This document shows positions 25,229 to 26,104 of a stretch of 26,104 nucleotides of DNA, piece by piece; position 1 is the first letter of the stretch; every line of letters begins with the position of its first letter. Below the pieces are notes generated by a model. It searched no databases and had not been told where the DNA came from. It worked only from the letters and a program-made list of their open reading frames with translations. A program made the position numbers and the translations under genes. The stretch is taken from positions 1 through 26,104 of the IMG/VR virus record IMGVR_UViG_3300044305_000543. One strand, written 5' to 3'. Origin of the DNA: a virus (lineage: Duplodnaviria; Caudoviricetes).

Positions 25229-25754
25229 TCTATACGCCATGTATAGAATTCATTAAGGATAGATAGGTAACTTGCAAGTTATTTACAGGTGTTACGCCAC
25301 CTATCTATCCCATTACATATGGATAACACCCGATATTTATTGTGGTATCGCCACAGTACTAGTTCTCTTTAGGTCATATGTAATTCATTAAGGATAGATA
25401 GCCCCTCTTTGTACATTGGTTTACTATCCGATAGAGTGCATTTAATCTATCTATCCCATGTTAAGGATAGTCTGTTCTGTTTAACAGTGAGCATTAAAGT
25501 GTCCGTGAATTACACTACTACTATCCCATTAATACCCAACTTTCTCCCATACCTGTTAGAGTCATTGTTAATAGGAATCCCACATCTAGTTAAGGTATGT
25601 TCCCACCTAACAGTATTAATTCTAAGGATAGATAGGAAGTCCCATGGGGCTAGTCTTCCCGACCTATCTATCCCATTAAAGTGACTAGTGCGTAGTCTTT
25701 AAACCACCTGAATAATGCACTAGTCACCACCTTGTGCTGTCTTACTGCTACAAG
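25229..25754 (-). ncRNA. Candidate structured RNA locus: tandem hairpin array with four conserved GGATAGATAG/CTATCTATCC stems and variable loops
   Basis: A ~550-bp gap in an otherwise gap-free operon is almost fully tiled by about nine stem-loops. A terminal G-U pair on the minus strand (A-C on plus) weakly favours minus-strand RNA. RNA expression is inferred, not shown. Confidence 0.5.
25254..25676. repeat. Four-copy repeat TAAGGATAG(ATAG)-variable-(CTAT)CTATCCCAT
   Basis: Stems lie at 25257-68/25299-310 (12 bp), 25392-401/25447-56 (10 bp), 25465-71/25520-26 (7 bp) and 25626-36/25663-73 (11 bp). Confidence 0.9.
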
Positions 25755-25946
25755 TTAATTCATATAATCTTTCATTACTATCCAATCAATAGCAATCTCA
25801 ATATCCTCTCTAGGTAATTCAGCCTCATCACAGAGGTGTTCTAAAACCCTTTTACATTGTGTATCTGATAGCTTTTTACCTAAGTAATCCTCTGCTACTC
25901 TATTAATATCTTCATAGTCTAGCTCTAATATAACTTTACTAGCCAT
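25755..25946 (-). CDS. Small hypothetical protein (63 aa)
   Basis: Perfect AAGGAGGT SD upstream of the ATG at 25946. Confidence 0.8.
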   Translation of the reverse strand: MASKVILELDYEDINRVAEDYLGKKLSDTQCKRVLEHLCDEAELPREDIEIAIDWIVMKDYMN

Positions 25947-26103
25947 GCTTACCTCCTTTATTATTAATACCTTTTAAATCTTCTTTATTGCTCACTACTA
26001 TGTAATTAGACTTGTGTAAAGGTACTACTGTGTGCCTAACCTTACGTGCCTCTACCTCACCACAGTTAAGACAGGTATCATAACCTAGCTTAAACCTACC
26101 GAT
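25939..26103 (-). CDS. 5'-truncated small zinc-finger-like phage protein (not in the track)
   Basis: Translated by hand: ...IGRFKLGYDTCLNCGEVEARKVRHTVVPLHKSNYIVVSNKEDLKGINNKGGKHG*. It has a CxxC motif and overlaps the next start. Confidence 0.7.
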   Translation of the reverse strand: MGRFKLGYDTCLNCGEVEARKVRHTVVPLHKSNYIVVSNKEDLKGINNKGGKHG

Positions 26104-26104
26104 T

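Noticed and set aside
25268-25281. CTTGCAA as a tRNA-Ala anticodon-loop mimic, and tRNA genes in general
   Set aside because: The flanks form a perfect palindrome rather than a 5-bp stem with a 7-nt loop, and no cloverleaf or T-loop motif was found.
25254-25676. CRISPR array or TIGR-type array interpretation of the repeats
   Set aside because: The variable parts lie inside inverted repeats, unit length and spacing are irregular (inserts of 26-48 nt), and no cas1/cas2 or Nop-domain gene is visible. The Cas4-like nuclease sits in the replication module, as is usual for phages.
25409-25684. 91-aa + strand ORF over the array
   Set aside because: It is antisense to all neighbours, has no SD, uses a TTG start and runs through the inverted repeats, so it is most likely a chance ORF.

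Overview
This window is an AT-rich fragment of a tailed dsDNA bacteriophage genome, probably podovirus-like, with two convergent gene blocks meeting at about 9.0 kb. The + strand (1-8999) holds the end of a virion module: a 5'-truncated ORF and a 2662-aa giant virion/ejection-type protein. The - strand (9068-26104), read from the right end, holds: small early genes; a ~520-bp non-coding array of hairpins; an AAA ATPase / DUF3150-like / metallopeptidase-vWA / Nmad5-like cluster; a run of tiny genes joined by a repeated junction sequence; then a replication module (DUF3310, family A DNA polymerase, PD-(D/E)XK nuclease, VRR-NUC, SNF2 helicase, two candidate ssDNA-binding proteins, HTH, primase-helicase). 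The strongest unexplained signals are four. (1) The 25.23-25.75 kb array has conserved-stem, variable-loop hairpins and is a candidate multi-unit small-RNA locus. (2) An 84-aa basic 'MPFKSK' gene with its own perfect Shine-Dalgarno is nested in the +1 frame of the giant virion gene. (3) A cassette-like small-gene array shares a near-identical RBS/start/stop junction and contains two paralogues. (4) Several beta-clamp-like QLxLF motifs cluster in the giant virion protein. All family names come from motif recognition by eye; no database search was run.
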